Notes under the pieces: generated by a model
Database searches by the model: none
What the model was told of the DNA's origin: nothing
What the model saw: the letters and a program-made list of their open reading frames with translations, nothing else
Shown: in pieces, positions 1 through 9,215 of the stretch
Position numbering within the stretch: the first letter of the stretch is position 1
Layout: the number at the start of each line of letters is the position of its first letter
Position numbers and translations under genes: made by a program
Assembly (NCBI GenBank): GCA_017404145.1
Contig: JAFRCW010000030.1
Location: forward strand, 1,051-65,050
From: Ruminococcus sp.
GTDB lineage: Bacteria > Bacillota > Clostridia > Oscillospirales > Acutalibacteraceae
Length of the DNA: 64,000 nucleotides
Direction: 5' to 3'

Positions 1-648
1 CATCTTGGAAACGGAGGACACCTTAAAGGTTGCTCCCTTACGGCTGCGGATCCCCTTGCTGTTAAGGTGGTCGGCCACCTGCTGTAAAGTCATCCCGCCG
101 TTGTATAGCTTGAACACCTCGCGTACAACAGCGGCTTCCTCTTCGTTTATCCGGAAATGCTGTTCATTATCGATATAGTAACCGAAAGGGATCGCTCCTC
201 CGTTGAACTTGCACTTGTATGCATTTTCTGCCATTCCTCTGACAACTTTTTCTGCTAACTCAGCGGAATAGTATTCTGCCATACCTTCGAGCAAGGATTC
301 AAGAATGATGCCTTCGGGTCCCTGTGAGATCACTTCGGTAGCGGATATAACGCGGACATTGTTGCGTTTCAGGATAGCCTTATAATGTGCCGAATCATAA
401 CGGTTTCGGGCAAAGCGGTCGAGCTTCCATACGATAACAACATCAAACTGTCCTTTTGCGCTGTCACTTATCATTTTCTGAAAAGCAGGGCGATTATCTG
501 TCTTTGCCGACAAAGCGCGGTCGATATAGGTTTCGATTATCTGAATATCATTTTTCTCTGCAAAAGCTTTGCATTCACGGAGTTGCCCTTCAATACTTTC
601 TTCCCTTTGATTATCAGAAGAGTATCTTGCGTAAATAACGCCTTTCAT
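1..648 (-). CDS. Large serine recombinase, N-terminal part (gene runs off the left window edge)
   Basis: Absent from the ORF track because it is open at the edge. Reverse translation from ATG 648-646 (RBS GGAGGT upstream) gives MKGVIYARYSSDNQREESIEGQLRECKAFAEKNDIQII...VVIVWKLDRFARN.... This is the resolvase catalytic domain (YxRxSxxxQ, DRxxR) followed by recombinase-domain sequence. Confidence 0.85.
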   Translation of the reverse strand, partial: MKGVIYARYSSDNQREESIEGQLRECKAFAEKNDIQIIETYIDRALSAKTDNRPAFQKMISDSAKGQFDVVIVWKLDRFARNRYDSAHYKAILKRNNVRVISATEVISQGPEGIILESLLEGMAEYYSAELAEKVVRGMAENAYKCKFNGGAIPFGYYIDNEQHFRINEEEAAVVREVFKLYNGGMTLQQVADHLNSKGIRSRKGATFKVSSVSKM

Positions 649-898
649 TCGTTTTCACCTCCATTTTTTCGCTGTCTTGATATTAGCTCTAAAAAAGTGA
701 TTTGTCAAATCTATTCTTGGGTATGATAGAAATGTAAGATTGCAAACCCGTACACCCACTTGCAGCCTTGCAATCTTGCAACCTTAAAAAAGAAAAAATT
801 ACCACGCATTAACAAAGATTAAGCCCGTTGTGGAATAAGGGGTATTACTTGCATTTACTTTTACAATTAAAGATCTTGAGATCTTCGAGCTTGAATGA

Positions 899-1015
899 AA
901 AAGAGAGAGTACCGAACAGCTCAAGACAGAAAACCAAATGCTGTGGGTGAAGCGAATGAACAATATCCGCAACCGGGCAACGGAAATTGTTAATGCAGAG
1001 TTGATTTATACCTGA
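899..1015 (+). pseudogene. TnpV-like protein, C-terminal remnant
   Basis: The frame ending TGA 1013-1015 reads ...STEQLKTENQMLWVKRMNNIRNRATEIVNAELIYT*. It is colinear with the C-terminus of the intact ORF 59858-60235 (...VTEQLKVQDQLAWVGAMNNIRNRVTEIVNAELIYI*). An in-frame TGA at 896-898 cuts off everything upstream. Confidence 0.7.
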
Positions 1016-1021
1016 TCAGCA

Positions 1022-1058
1022 CAGCCGCCAAATGGGGTTATCTCCTTCTTGGCGGCTG
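1022..1058 (+). terminator. Hairpin terminator after the tnpV remnant
   Basis: 10-bp stem CAGCCGCCAA / TTGGCGGCTG followed by a T-rich tract. A near-identical hairpin lies in the opposite orientation at 34163-34195. Confidence 0.6.
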
Positions 1059-1135
1059 TTTCGGTTTGTTTTAAGTAATTATATTTGATTTAACGTTACA
1101 TTTCTATTATATCATTTACTTAAAAATGATGATTG

Positions 1136-2002
1136 TTAACCGTTCTTATTCTTTTTTGAGATAAGCTCAGAGAAAATAGCTCCTCCTATTATTAAAATCG
1201 CACCGGATATTTGAATGGGTGACAAGTATTCTTTAAGTAAAACAACAGAAAAGATAACTGCCGAAAGAGGTTCCAGATAACCGCATACCGCTACCGTTTG
1301 GATAGCCAGTTTGCCGATTGAAGAAAAGTAGAAAAAACAACCTATCCCCGTATTGAACAAGCCGAGGATCAGCATAGGGATGATATCCTCCGTGTGCATA
1401 TGAAACGTTAAGCCCTGCTTGAACAGTACAAAGATGAATACCGTCAAAAAGCTGGCGAATAGCTGAAGTGTTGCGTTTTCGATTCCTTGGATGCGCTGCG
1501 CTTTTTTGTTGCAGATCACCATCGCCGCGTACATCAGCGCCGACATCAAACCGCAGAAGATACCCCAAAGGTTGTTGTTGCCGTCAAAGACACTTCCGTT
1601 GACAAGAACGATTCCTATGAGAACCGCCGCAAATCCGAAGAGCTTTAAAGCGGTCAGTTTTTCTTTGAACAATATCGGCGACAGCGCCATAACGATGACA
1701 GGTCCGCAATAGTAGCATAGAGAGGCGATACTCACGCCGATTTGGGCGTATGCTTCATAGAGAAACATCCAGCTTGTACCCATAGCGATTCCCGAGAGCA
1801 GCAGGAACAGACTGTCCTTTTTGTGCTTATAAAACGTTAGCTTGTTACGCGTCAGGAAGAACAAAGCGATCAACAAAATGCTTCCTATGAATGTTCTTAA
1901 CAATACGATCTCATAACTTGATAAATCAATAAAGCTCGCCACGATCCCGTTAGTGCCGAACAGCAGCAGCGCCGCAAAATATTTTATATACGATTTTTTC
2001 AT
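1136..2002 (-). CDS. EamA/DMT-family transporter
   Basis: Strongly hydrophobic multi-TM protein with two EamA-like halves. Start moved to MKKSYIKYFAALLLFG (CAT 2000-2002, RBS GAGGTG) rather than the long ORF-track start. Confidence 0.75.
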   Translation of the reverse strand: MKKSYIKYFAALLLFGTNGIVASFIDLSSYEIVLLRTFIGSILLIALFFLTRNKLTFYKHKKDSLFLLLSGIAMGTSWMFLYEAYAQIGVSIASLCYYCGPVIVMALSPILFKEKLTALKLFGFAAVLIGIVLVNGSVFDGNNNLWGIFCGLMSALMYAAMVICNKKAQRIQGIENATLQLFASFLTVFIFVLFKQGLTFHMHTEDIIPMLILGLFNTGIGCFFYFSSIGKLAIQTVAVCGYLEPLSAVIFSVVLLKEYLSPIQISGAILIIGGAIFSELISKKNKNG

Positions 2003-2116
2003 AACGCACCTCTTGCATTTCTTCTGAGAATATCGTATCATATAGATATAGATTTGAAAAGCGAAATTATCAGATAATATGTATTCGGAAAACAAATGCT
2101 TAAAGCAGGTGGTAAT

Positions 2117-2983
2117 ATGGGAAATATTCAAAAATATTTATCCTTTGTCAAAACAGCGGAGTATGGCAGCTTTACACGGGCAGCTGAGATGCTGTCCTAC
2201 TCTCAGTCGAGTATCAGCCGAATGATTGCCGATCTGGAAAAGGAATGGAATGTTTCGCTGTTGGAACGAAGTGTGGGCGGCGTAAAGCTGACCTCGGACG
2301 GCACAAAGCTTCTGCCGTATGCGAAAAACGTGGTGGCGGAATACGAAAAGCTGCAAATGGAAGTGGACGAGCTAAACGGGTTACAATCCGGCTTGATTCG
2401 CATCGGCACATTTTCGAGCGTAGCCACACATTGGCTGCCAAACATCATCAAGGCGTTTCAGAAGGATTATCCGAACATCGACTATGAGTTGTTGCTCGGA
2501 GATTACACCGAAATCGAGGAATGGATTGCCGAGGGGCGTGTTGATTGCGGATTTATCCGCCTGCCGACAAAGAATGATTTTGAAACTGTTTTTTTGGAAC
2601 AGGACAGACTTTTGGCAATTATTCCCGAAAACCATCCATTGAAGGACTATGAGAGATTTCCTGTCAAAGCTCTCTGTGATGAACCGTTTATGCTCCTTGA
2701 AAAAGGTGCAAAGGCAGAGATCTCTGAAATATTTGAAATGAACGGACTGAAGCCAAACGTCAAATTTACTACTTGGGACGACTACGCCGTGATGTCGATG
2801 GTAGAGAGCGGACTGGGTATCAGCATATTGCCTGAACTGATTTTGAAGCGAATACCGTATCGGATCGCCGCAAAGGAGCTGGATGTTCCGGCTTACCGTG
2901 AGATCGGCTTAGCACTGAAAAGCAGAAAAACCGCCTCACTTGTGGTGAAACGGTTTATTGATTATTTGGAATACAGACATTGA
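2117..2983 (+). CDS. LysR-family transcriptional regulator
   Basis: N-terminal HTH (FVKTAEYGSFTRAAEMLSYSQSSISRMIADLE) plus a LysR substrate-binding region. Divergent from the transporter gene. Start taken at MGNIQKY. Confidence 0.85.
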   Translation: MGNIQKYLSFVKTAEYGSFTRAAEMLSYSQSSISRMIADLEKEWNVSLLERSVGGVKLTSDGTKLLPYAKNVVAEYEKLQMEVDELNGLQSGLIRIGTFSSVATHWLPNIIKAFQKDYPNIDYELLLGDYTEIEEWIAEGRVDCGFIRLPTKNDFETVFLEQDRLLAIIPENHPLKDYERFPVKALCDEPFMLLEKGAKAEISEIFEMNGLKPNVKFTTWDDYAVMSMVESGLGISILPELILKRIPYRIAAKELDVPAYREIGLALKSRKTASLVVKRFIDYLEYRH

Positions 2984-3072
2984 TATCTGTATTTTTCCAC
3001 GAATTACTATACTTTGTAACGTTTAAACTCGCAAAGTAATAGTATTTACCTTACCTAACCAATTTGGCTTTT

Positions 3073-3347
3073 CAAAGGACGCATAAACACTGCGTTTTGA
3101 AGCCCAAAAGCGTTACACTTTTTCGATGTGTTACTCAATTAAAAAGCATAATTAATTTATCGCTTTAAAGTGTTGATTTTAAAGATTGTTCGTGCTATAA
3201 TGATTGCAGTACCGTTGATACTGTTTTGATACTGTTATCATTTGAAGCCAAAAATAATAGGCAGAATAGCAGTATAATATGTGTCAAAAACCGCCTGCAT
3301 TAAACTAATATGTTTAGTGTTAAAATGGATTAAGCGAGTGAAAATAA
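3073..3347. repeat. ~275-bp element-end arm, copy A (inverted relative to 32144-32420)
   Basis: By eye it aligns base-for-base, with scattered mismatches, to the reverse complement of 32144-32420. Shared stretches include CTATAATGATTGCAGTA.CGTTGATACTGTTTTGATACTGTTAT and GAAGCCAAAAATAATAGGCAGAATAGC. It ends in a degenerate core TAAGCGAGTGAAAATAA (3331-3347). Confidence 0.8.
3173..3201 (+). promoter_or_regulatory. Sigma-70-type promoter inside arm A
   Basis: TTGATT (3173-3178), 17-nt spacer, TATAAT (3196-3201). Conserved in arm B on the minus strand (AATCAA 32312-32317, ATTATA 32290-32295). Confidence 0.5.
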
Positions 3348-3401
3348 TATCGTTAATCAACATCCGCATATTGTAACAAAAGATGCTTGAAAGGAATCAA
3401 T

Positions 3402-3788
3402 ATGATCGAAGTAGTAGCGGCACTGATATGGGATGGGGAGCGGTTCCTGATCTGTCAGCGGCCGGAGCATAAGGCTCGCGGATTATTATGGGAATATGTC
3501 GGTGGGAAGGTTGAGCCCGGTGAAACGAAGGAAGAAGCCCTTATTCGCGAGTGCCGTGAGGAACTTGGCGTCACCGTATCGGTCGGTGATGTGTTCATGG
3601 ATGTGGTTCACGAATACCCCGACATCACCGTCCACCTGACGCTGTTCCATGCCTCTATCGCAGAGGGTACGATACGCCTGCTCGAACACAATGCTGTCGC
3701 ATGGATCACTCCGGCTGAGATTCCGGACTATTCCTTCTGCCCCGCAGATAAGGAGATCAATGAGCGGATAATACAAAGTATAAGATAA
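3402..3788 (+). CDS. Nudix hydrolase (MutT/8-oxo-dGTP diphosphatase-like)
   Basis: Nudix box GGKVEPGETKEEALIRECREELG. ATG 3402 preceded by AAAGGAA. Confidence 0.85.
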   Translation: MIEVVAALIWDGERFLICQRPEHKARGLLWEYVGGKVEPGETKEEALIRECREELGVTVSVGDVFMDVVHEYPDITVHLTLFHASIAEGTIRLLEHNAVAWITPAEIPDYSFCPADKEINERIIQSIR

Positions 3789-3811
3789 CAAATAAAAAAG
3801 GTGGTATTTAT

Positions 3812-4348
3812 TTGATAACAAGAAAAGCAGTACCGGAGGATCTCGAGGGGATTATCCGGATATATGACGAAATACATACCAGAGAAGAAGCCGGAGAGGT
3901 GACGACAGGTTGGATCAGGGGCGTATATCCTGTTCAAAAGGTAGCCGAAGACTCCGTCGGTCGCGGAGATATGTTCGTTCAAGAGGACAAGGCCGGTGAG
4001 ATTGTTGGAACCGCAATCATAAACCGTATACAAGTCGATGGTTATTCTGATGGCGATTGGCATTATCCGGCAGCAGACGATAAAGTCATGGTGCTACATA
4101 CACTGATCATCTCGGTCAGACCGGAGCATAGAGGATCTGGAAAGATGTTTCTCGATTTTTACGAGAATTATGCTAAAGAGAACGGAAGTCCATATCTACG
4201 GTTGGATACCAATGCAAGGAACACAGCGGCAAGAGCCTTTTACCGTAAGTATGGTTATAATGAAATCGGAATCGTTCCGACAGTGTTCAACGGCATTCCA
4301 AGAGTAGAAATGGTTTTGCTGGAGAAGAGACTTTGTTTCCCGGAGTGA
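3812..4348 (+). CDS. GNAT-family N-acetyltransferase
   Basis: Acetyl-CoA binding region ...ISVRPEHRGSGKMFLDFYENYAKENG...ARAFYRKYGY. TTG start 8 nt after AAAGGTGG. Confidence 0.75.
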   Translation: MITRKAVPEDLEGIIRIYDEIHTREEAGEVTTGWIRGVYPVQKVAEDSVGRGDMFVQEDKAGEIVGTAIINRIQVDGYSDGDWHYPAADDKVMVLHTLIISVRPEHRGSGKMFLDFYENYAKENGSPYLRLDTNARNTAARAFYRKYGYNEIGIVPTVFNGIPRVEMVLLEKRLCFPE

Positions 4349-4355
4349 TTAAAAA

Positions 4356-4970
4356 ATGACAGAAAAAGAGAAAATGCTCAGCGGCATGCTGTACGATGCA
4401 GACAATGACGAACAGCTGGTGCAGGAGCGATTCGACATGGAGTATACACACCATTATGTTTCTCCCCTTGGCGGGATCACAATAGCAGCTGACGGAACAG
4501 CTCTGATCGGACTGTGGTTTGACGGCCAGAAATACTTTGCTGATGCACTGGATGCGAAACATGAGGAAAAACCACTCCCGATATTTGAGCAGACGGACAG
4601 ATGGCTCGATATCTACTTCAGCGGTAAAGCTCCTGATTTTACACCGCCTTTGAATATGAAGACTACGGAGTTCCGCAAGGCTGTGTGGGAAATTATGCTC
4701 ACCATACCCTATGGAAAGACAATGACATATGGAGAGATTGCGGACAGGATTGCCAAACAGAATGGAATTCCCCGAATGTCTGCACAAGCGGTAGGCGGTG
4801 CAGTCGGACATAATTCTATCTCGCTTATCATCCCCTGCCACCGTGTAGTAGGCACAAACGGAAGCCTGACAGGATATGCAGGCGGTATAGATAAGAAGGT
4901 CAAACTCCTTGAGATGGAAGGAGCAGATATGGATGGCTTTTTTGTTCCGAAGAAAGGCACCGCACTATAA
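4356..4970 (+). CDS. ogt: Methylated-DNA--protein-cysteine methyltransferase
   Basis: Active site IPCHRVVG and helix-turn-wing YGEIADRIAKQNGIPRMSAQAVGGAVGHN. The first ~25 aa look borrowed from a maltose acetyltransferase N-terminus (see findings). Alternative start M28 at 4437. Confidence 0.85.
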   Translation: MTEKEKMLSGMLYDADNDEQLVQERFDMEYTHHYVSPLGGITIAADGTALIGLWFDGQKYFADALDAKHEEKPLPIFEQTDRWLDIYFSGKAPDFTPPLNMKTTEFRKAVWEIMLTIPYGKTMTYGEIADRIAKQNGIPRMSAQAVGGAVGHNSISLIIPCHRVVGTNGSLTGYAGGIDKKVKLLEMEGADMDGFFVPKKGTAL

Positions 4971-5204
4971 AGGTAAATCCCAGTCTGACAAGGTAACCGC
5001 CATGAAGCAAATCACAAATAAGGAATACGAAGAGTGGCAGAAATGCTTCAGTATATCCAGAACAGCGGCGTGTGCTGGTGCGGCGGAAGCCGGTGGGAAG
5101 ACAGACCGGTTATCCGGGTAAGCGTCTGCTCACATGCCACCACAAGGGAGGACATTGACCATAGCGTGCAGGTCTTTATAACTGCGAAGAAGGGGTAAGA
5201 AACA

Positions 5205-5843
5205 TTGTATTTTCAATATGGCAAACAGGAAACGGAATACCTGAAGTCCAAGGATGTCCGTCTTGGCGCAGTGATCGAACAGATCGGCCATATAGACAGG
5301 GCTGTCGACACTGACCTGTTTTCTTCCGTTGTCCATCACATTATCGGCCAGCAGATTTCCACCAAGGCGCAGCGAACGATCTGGAAGCGGATGAATGATG
5401 CCTTCGGCGAGGTAACACCAGCCTCGATAGGACGTGCATCCATCGAAGAGCTGCAGGCTCTTGGCATGACGTTTCGCAAAGCGGAGTACATCAATGATTT
5501 TGCAGAAAAGGTTATGAACGGAGAATTTGACCTTAATGCTGTAGAGAATATGTCGGACACAGATGCGATTGCTGCTCTTGCTGCCCTGAAAGGCATCGGT
5601 GTATGGACGGCGGAGATGATCCTTCTGTTTTGCTTCCAGCGACCGGACATCCTGAGTTTTGATGATCTTGCCATCCAGCGTGGGATGCGGATGGTATACC
5701 ATCACAGGAAGATAGACCGGAAGCTTTTTGAAAAATACCGCCGACGTCTTTCTCCCTGCTGCAGCGTTGCAAGCCTGTACTTCTGGGCTGTAGCGGGAGG
5801 CGCGATTCCTGAAATGCGAGATTACGCACCGAGGAAAAAGTGA
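5205..5843 (+). CDS. DNA-3-methyladenine glycosylase II family (HhH-GPD, AlkA-like)
   Basis: HhH-GPD region LAALKGIGVWTAEMILLFCFQRPDILSFDDLAIQRG. TTG start. Stop overlaps the next ATG (TGATG). Confidence 0.8.
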   Translation: MYFQYGKQETEYLKSKDVRLGAVIEQIGHIDRAVDTDLFSSVVHHIIGQQISTKAQRTIWKRMNDAFGEVTPASIGRASIEELQALGMTFRKAEYINDFAEKVMNGEFDLNAVENMSDTDAIAALAALKGIGVWTAEMILLFCFQRPDILSFDDLAIQRGMRMVYHHRKIDRKLFEKYRRRLSPCCSVASLYFWAVAGGAIPEMRDYAPRKK

Positions 5844-6013
5844 TGTCAAAAATTCTGGATGAGCTTCTGATTTATGAAGTGCTGTCTGTTATGGAGGAGA
5901 TACTGGAAGGCAAGGTGGCTTCCTATGGCCAAATCGCCCGTCTCATCGGCAGGGATCGCAACTCACGCCTCGTCGGAAAAGTGCTGAGCATGGCGGAGTT
6001 TTACGGGCTCTAG
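5843..6013 (+). pseudogene. MGMT-family DNA-binding domain fragment (56 aa, lacks PCHR active site)
   Basis: Below the ORF-track size cutoff. Reads MSKILDELLIYEVLSVMEEILEGKVASYGQIARLIGRDRNSRLVGKVLSMAEFYGL*. It resembles the helix-turn-wing of MGMT-like proteins but stops before the catalytic Cys region. Confidence 0.45.
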
Positions 6014-6035
6014 AATAAATCAACAGAGGTAATTG

Positions 6036-6641
6036 ATGATGACAGAAAAAGAAAAAATGCTCAAACAGTTGATGTATGATGCGAATTATGATTTAGATCT
6101 GCAAAAAGAAAGACTTATCGCAAAGGATCTTTGCCATGAGTATAATCAACTGCGCCCTTCCGAAGAAGCCCGGCAAAAGGAAATCATGACAAAGCTGCTT
6201 GGTAAAACAAAGGGAGCGTTTACTATCGTCGCGCCTTTCTGGTGTGATTACGGATATAACATCGAGATCGGAGAGAATTTCTTCGCCAATCACAATACCG
6301 TTATACTGGATGGCGGAAAGGTGATTTTCGGAGATAATGTATTCATCGCGCCTGACTGCGGATTCCATACAGCGGGACACCCTATTGATTATGAAAGAAG
6401 GAATCAGGGCCTAGAGTATGCCTATCCTATCCGTATCGGAGATAATGTGTGGATAGGAGCCGGAGTTCAGGTCATGCCCGGTGTGACGATTGGAAGTAAT
6501 GTAGTTATCGGCGGAGGGAGCGTTGTCGTCAAGGATATTCCCGATAACTCTGTTGCAGTTGGCAATCCTTGTAAAGTAATCAGAGAAATCACAGAGGCGG
6601 ATAAAATGAAGAGCTGGGATAAAGAAAATCAACATAACTAA
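6036..6641 (+). CDS. maa: Maltose/galactoside O-acetyltransferase (left-handed beta-helix)
   Basis: Mac N-terminal domain (EKEKMLKQLMYDANYDLDLQKERL) and hexapeptide repeats (IGDNVWIGAGVQVMPGVTIGSNVVIGGGSVV). Confidence 0.8.
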   Translation: MMTEKEKMLKQLMYDANYDLDLQKERLIAKDLCHEYNQLRPSEEARQKEIMTKLLGKTKGAFTIVAPFWCDYGYNIEIGENFFANHNTVILDGGKVIFGDNVFIAPDCGFHTAGHPIDYERRNQGLEYAYPIRIGDNVWIGAGVQVMPGVTIGSNVVIGGGSVVVKDIPDNSVAVGNPCKVIREITEADKMKSWDKENQHN

Positions 6642-6667
6642 ATAACAGATACAAGAAGGTATTACCC

Positions 6668-7480
6668 ATGGTCGATTACGGATTAGAGAACAGAGTGGCG
6701 CTGATCACAGGGGCGAATAACCCGCAGGGGATCGGAGCAACAACAGCTATTGCTTTTGCCCGTGAAGGAGCAAAGGTAGCTATCGTATACAAGAAGGTTG
6801 ATCGTCCATTCGACGAGAATAAGACTGACCATAACGGCGTAGACAGATATTATGCGGCGAACGCCGGTGACGCGGAATTCGTTGAAAACAAGCTCAAAGA
6901 AATGGATGCGGACTACCTGATCATAGAGAGCGATATCTCTGATGAGGAGGCGATCAAAGGGATTTATGACGCCGTACTGAAACGGTTCGGCAGAGTCGAT
7001 ATTCTGGTGAACAACGCGGCAGCTGATGACGAGACCGGTCTGGATACCATCGAGAAGATCACCCCGGATGTGGTCGACGGCACCTTTGCGGTCAACGTGC
7101 GCGGCAGCATCCTGATGACAAAAGAGTTGATCAATCGCCGCGCTGATTACGGCAGAATCATCAATATCTCAACCGACGCGGCGCAGATCTTTGCCGGGCA
7201 GATCACCTACGGCGCGAGCAAAGCTGCTATGGAGGCGCTGACCCGCAGTATCGCTCTCGAAGTCGCGCAGTACGGCATTACCGTGAACTGTGTCGCGCCC
7301 GGTCCCACGCAGACAGGCTGGATCGATGAAGAGCTGGAAAAAGCCGTCCTGCCGATGATCCCGATGGGTCAGTTGATCCGACCGGAGGACATCGCCGAAA
7401 CAATCCTGTTCCTCTCCAGTGAGCAGGCAGGGATGCTGACCGGTCAGGTCATCAAAGTGTCCGGCGGTCACGCGCTGTGA
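6668..7480 (+). CDS. SDR-family oxidoreductase
   Basis: Rossmann motif ITGANNPQGIGATTA, NNAA, catalytic YGASKAAMEAL. Confidence 0.8.
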   Translation: MVDYGLENRVALITGANNPQGIGATTAIAFAREGAKVAIVYKKVDRPFDENKTDHNGVDRYYAANAGDAEFVENKLKEMDADYLIIESDISDEEAIKGIYDAVLKRFGRVDILVNNAAADDETGLDTIEKITPDVVDGTFAVNVRGSILMTKELINRRADYGRIINISTDAAQIFAGQITYGASKAAMEALTRSIALEVAQYGITVNCVAPGPTQTGWIDEELEKAVLPMIPMGQLIRPEDIAETILFLSSEQAGMLTGQVIKVSGGHAL

Positions 7481-7512
7481 GTTCACGATGCGGGAAAGGA
7501 AAGACAAATAAT

Positions 7513-8136
7513 ATGAGCATTATCATTCGCAATATCACTGACAAAGATCATTATGAAATAGAACTTGTCGCAAAAAGAGCCTTTTGGAATTTGAATATGC
7601 CCGGTTGCGACGAGCATTATTTGGTACACAAACTTTGGAACGCCCCCTGTTTCATACCGGCGATCTCTTTAGTTGCAACCGATGACGATAAAGTGGTCGG
7701 TGCTATTTTGTATTCAAAAGCTAAAATCGACACCAATCAGGGCAACATAGAAGTTCTTACCTTTGGTCCTTTATGCGTTGATCCCGATCATCAAAAGATA
7801 GGCATCGGCAAAAAGCTTTTATTGGAATCTATGCGCTTGGCGGCTGAGAAAGGCTATCAAGCGATCTTGATCTGCGGAGTCCCGACATACTATCCCAAGT
7901 TCGGCTTTAAGACAGCCGATACGTTTGGAATAACGATGCCCGACGGCTCCAATTTTGATGCTTTTATGGGATATGAGCTTCAAAAAGGGGCATTAAAAGG
8001 CGTGACCGGAAAGTTTTATGAAGATCCTCTTTTTGACTGTGATGTACACGACGAAGCGTATATGAAAGCGGTTAATGAATACAACAAAAACTTCCCGTAT
8101 ATGGAAAAGAAGGTTCTGCCGCATCAGTGGAGGTAA
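7513..8136 (+). CDS. GNAT-family N-acetyltransferase
   Basis: LCVDPDHQKIGIGKKLLLESMRLAAEKGYQAILICG...YYPKFGF. Start taken at MSIIIRN. Confidence 0.7.
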   Translation: MSIIIRNITDKDHYEIELVAKRAFWNLNMPGCDEHYLVHKLWNAPCFIPAISLVATDDDKVVGAILYSKAKIDTNQGNIEVLTFGPLCVDPDHQKIGIGKKLLLESMRLAAEKGYQAILICGVPTYYPKFGFKTADTFGITMPDGSNFDAFMGYELQKGALKGVTGKFYEDPLFDCDVHDEAYMKAVNEYNKNFPYMEKKVLPHQWR

Positions 8137-8144
8137 GGCAATAT

Positions 8145-8771
8145 ATGAGTAAGGCTGACAAAATGGATTTGAATAAGATGTTAGCTAAAGCAGGCTCAGC
8201 GATCGTAACAGTGACAGTATTTCTGTTTGCAGTATTTCTGATAATCAATTTTTCTATGGGCAGCTACTTTGTCTGCCTGATCCTGCCGATAGGGTTTATC
8301 ATGATGACGGCAGGTCTGCACAACGAGTGCGAAGATGACCGCATGGTTGCTGCGAATATCGGCTTGATCCTTGCGGCGGTGTACGCCACATTTATCATGC
8401 TCGTCTATTTTTCACAGCTGACTACAGTAAAAAACGAACAGCTGAATGAACAGGCGGCAAAACTGTTAGAATTCGGCAAGTTCGGGCTTATCTTCAACTA
8501 CGACCTGCTCGGCTACGGTGTAATGGCACTTTCTACCTTCTTCACAGGGCTTTCGATGAAACCGAATAACAAGACGGACAAGTGGCTCAAAGCACTGCTG
8601 ATGATACACGGAGTGTTCTACTTCAGTTGTACGTTTATGCCGATTACGGGAATGTTCGCAAAGATGTCCTCCGGCGGCGACGGGATCGGCGGAAGGCTCG
8701 CTCTTGTTGCGTGGTGTGTATACTTTCTGCCCATCGGAATACTTTCATTTCTTCATTTCAGAAATAAGTGA
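8145..8771 (+). CDS. Integral membrane protein, unknown function
   Basis: About six hydrophobic segments. No recognisable motif. Confidence 0.5.
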   Translation: MSKADKMDLNKMLAKAGSAIVTVTVFLFAVFLIINFSMGSYFVCLILPIGFIMMTAGLHNECEDDRMVAANIGLILAAVYATFIMLVYFSQLTTVKNEQLNEQAAKLLEFGKFGLIFNYDLLGYGVMALSTFFTGLSMKPNNKTDKWLKALLMIHGVFYFSCTFMPITGMFAKMSSGGDGIGGRLALVAWCVYFLPIGILSFLHFRNK

Positions 8772-8822
8772 AACACTGCACCTGTTTCTTAGCGGCAAAA
8801 TCAGAATTTTCGGAGATGATCT

Positions 8823-9215
8823 CATGTTTTATAAGAACGAATGGCCTGTATTGGAATACGATGATAATCCCGTTGCTAAGCTGAATCCGGAGCATTTCTC
8901 AAGAGAAGGCTTAGAAGGCTTCGATACGGACAAAATGGTAATTACTTTTTTCCGGAAGTGATCGAAAAAATGCTGCTTGAAGGGAGAATCCGTCAGTACT
9001 GCTCGATCCCCGGCGAAAACAAGGTTATTATTTATAGGTTTGTCGATAAAGATGATGTTCTTCTCACTCTCGGTCAGGTAGGCTGCCCTGCTTGCGCCGG
9101 AAACCTCGATCTGTTCAACGCCATGGGAATCAAAAAAGTAATGTTTTGCGACGGCGGTGGCGTTCTGGACAATAGTATTCAAGTTGGTCAGTTGCTGGTT
9201 GTGGATGTAGAATGA
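8823..9215 (+). pseudogene. Nucleoside-phosphorylase-like (PNP_UDP_1-type) gene, frameshifted and 3'-truncated
   Basis: Two 85-aa track ORFs (8704-8961, 8958-9215) join into MFYKNEWPVLEYDD...KMVITFF|PEVIEKMLLEGRIRQY...LGQVGCPACAGNLDLFNAMGIKKVMFCDGGGVL if one T is removed from the T6 run near 8945-8950. The reading frame then ends where the next gene begins, at about half the expected length. Confidence 0.45.

Noticed and set aside
385-726. 113-aa and 60-aa plus-strand ORFs (385-726, 456-638)
   Set aside because: They lie antisense to the clearly recognisable serine recombinase catalytic domain and have odd, Cys/Phe-rich composition. They are shadow ORFs.
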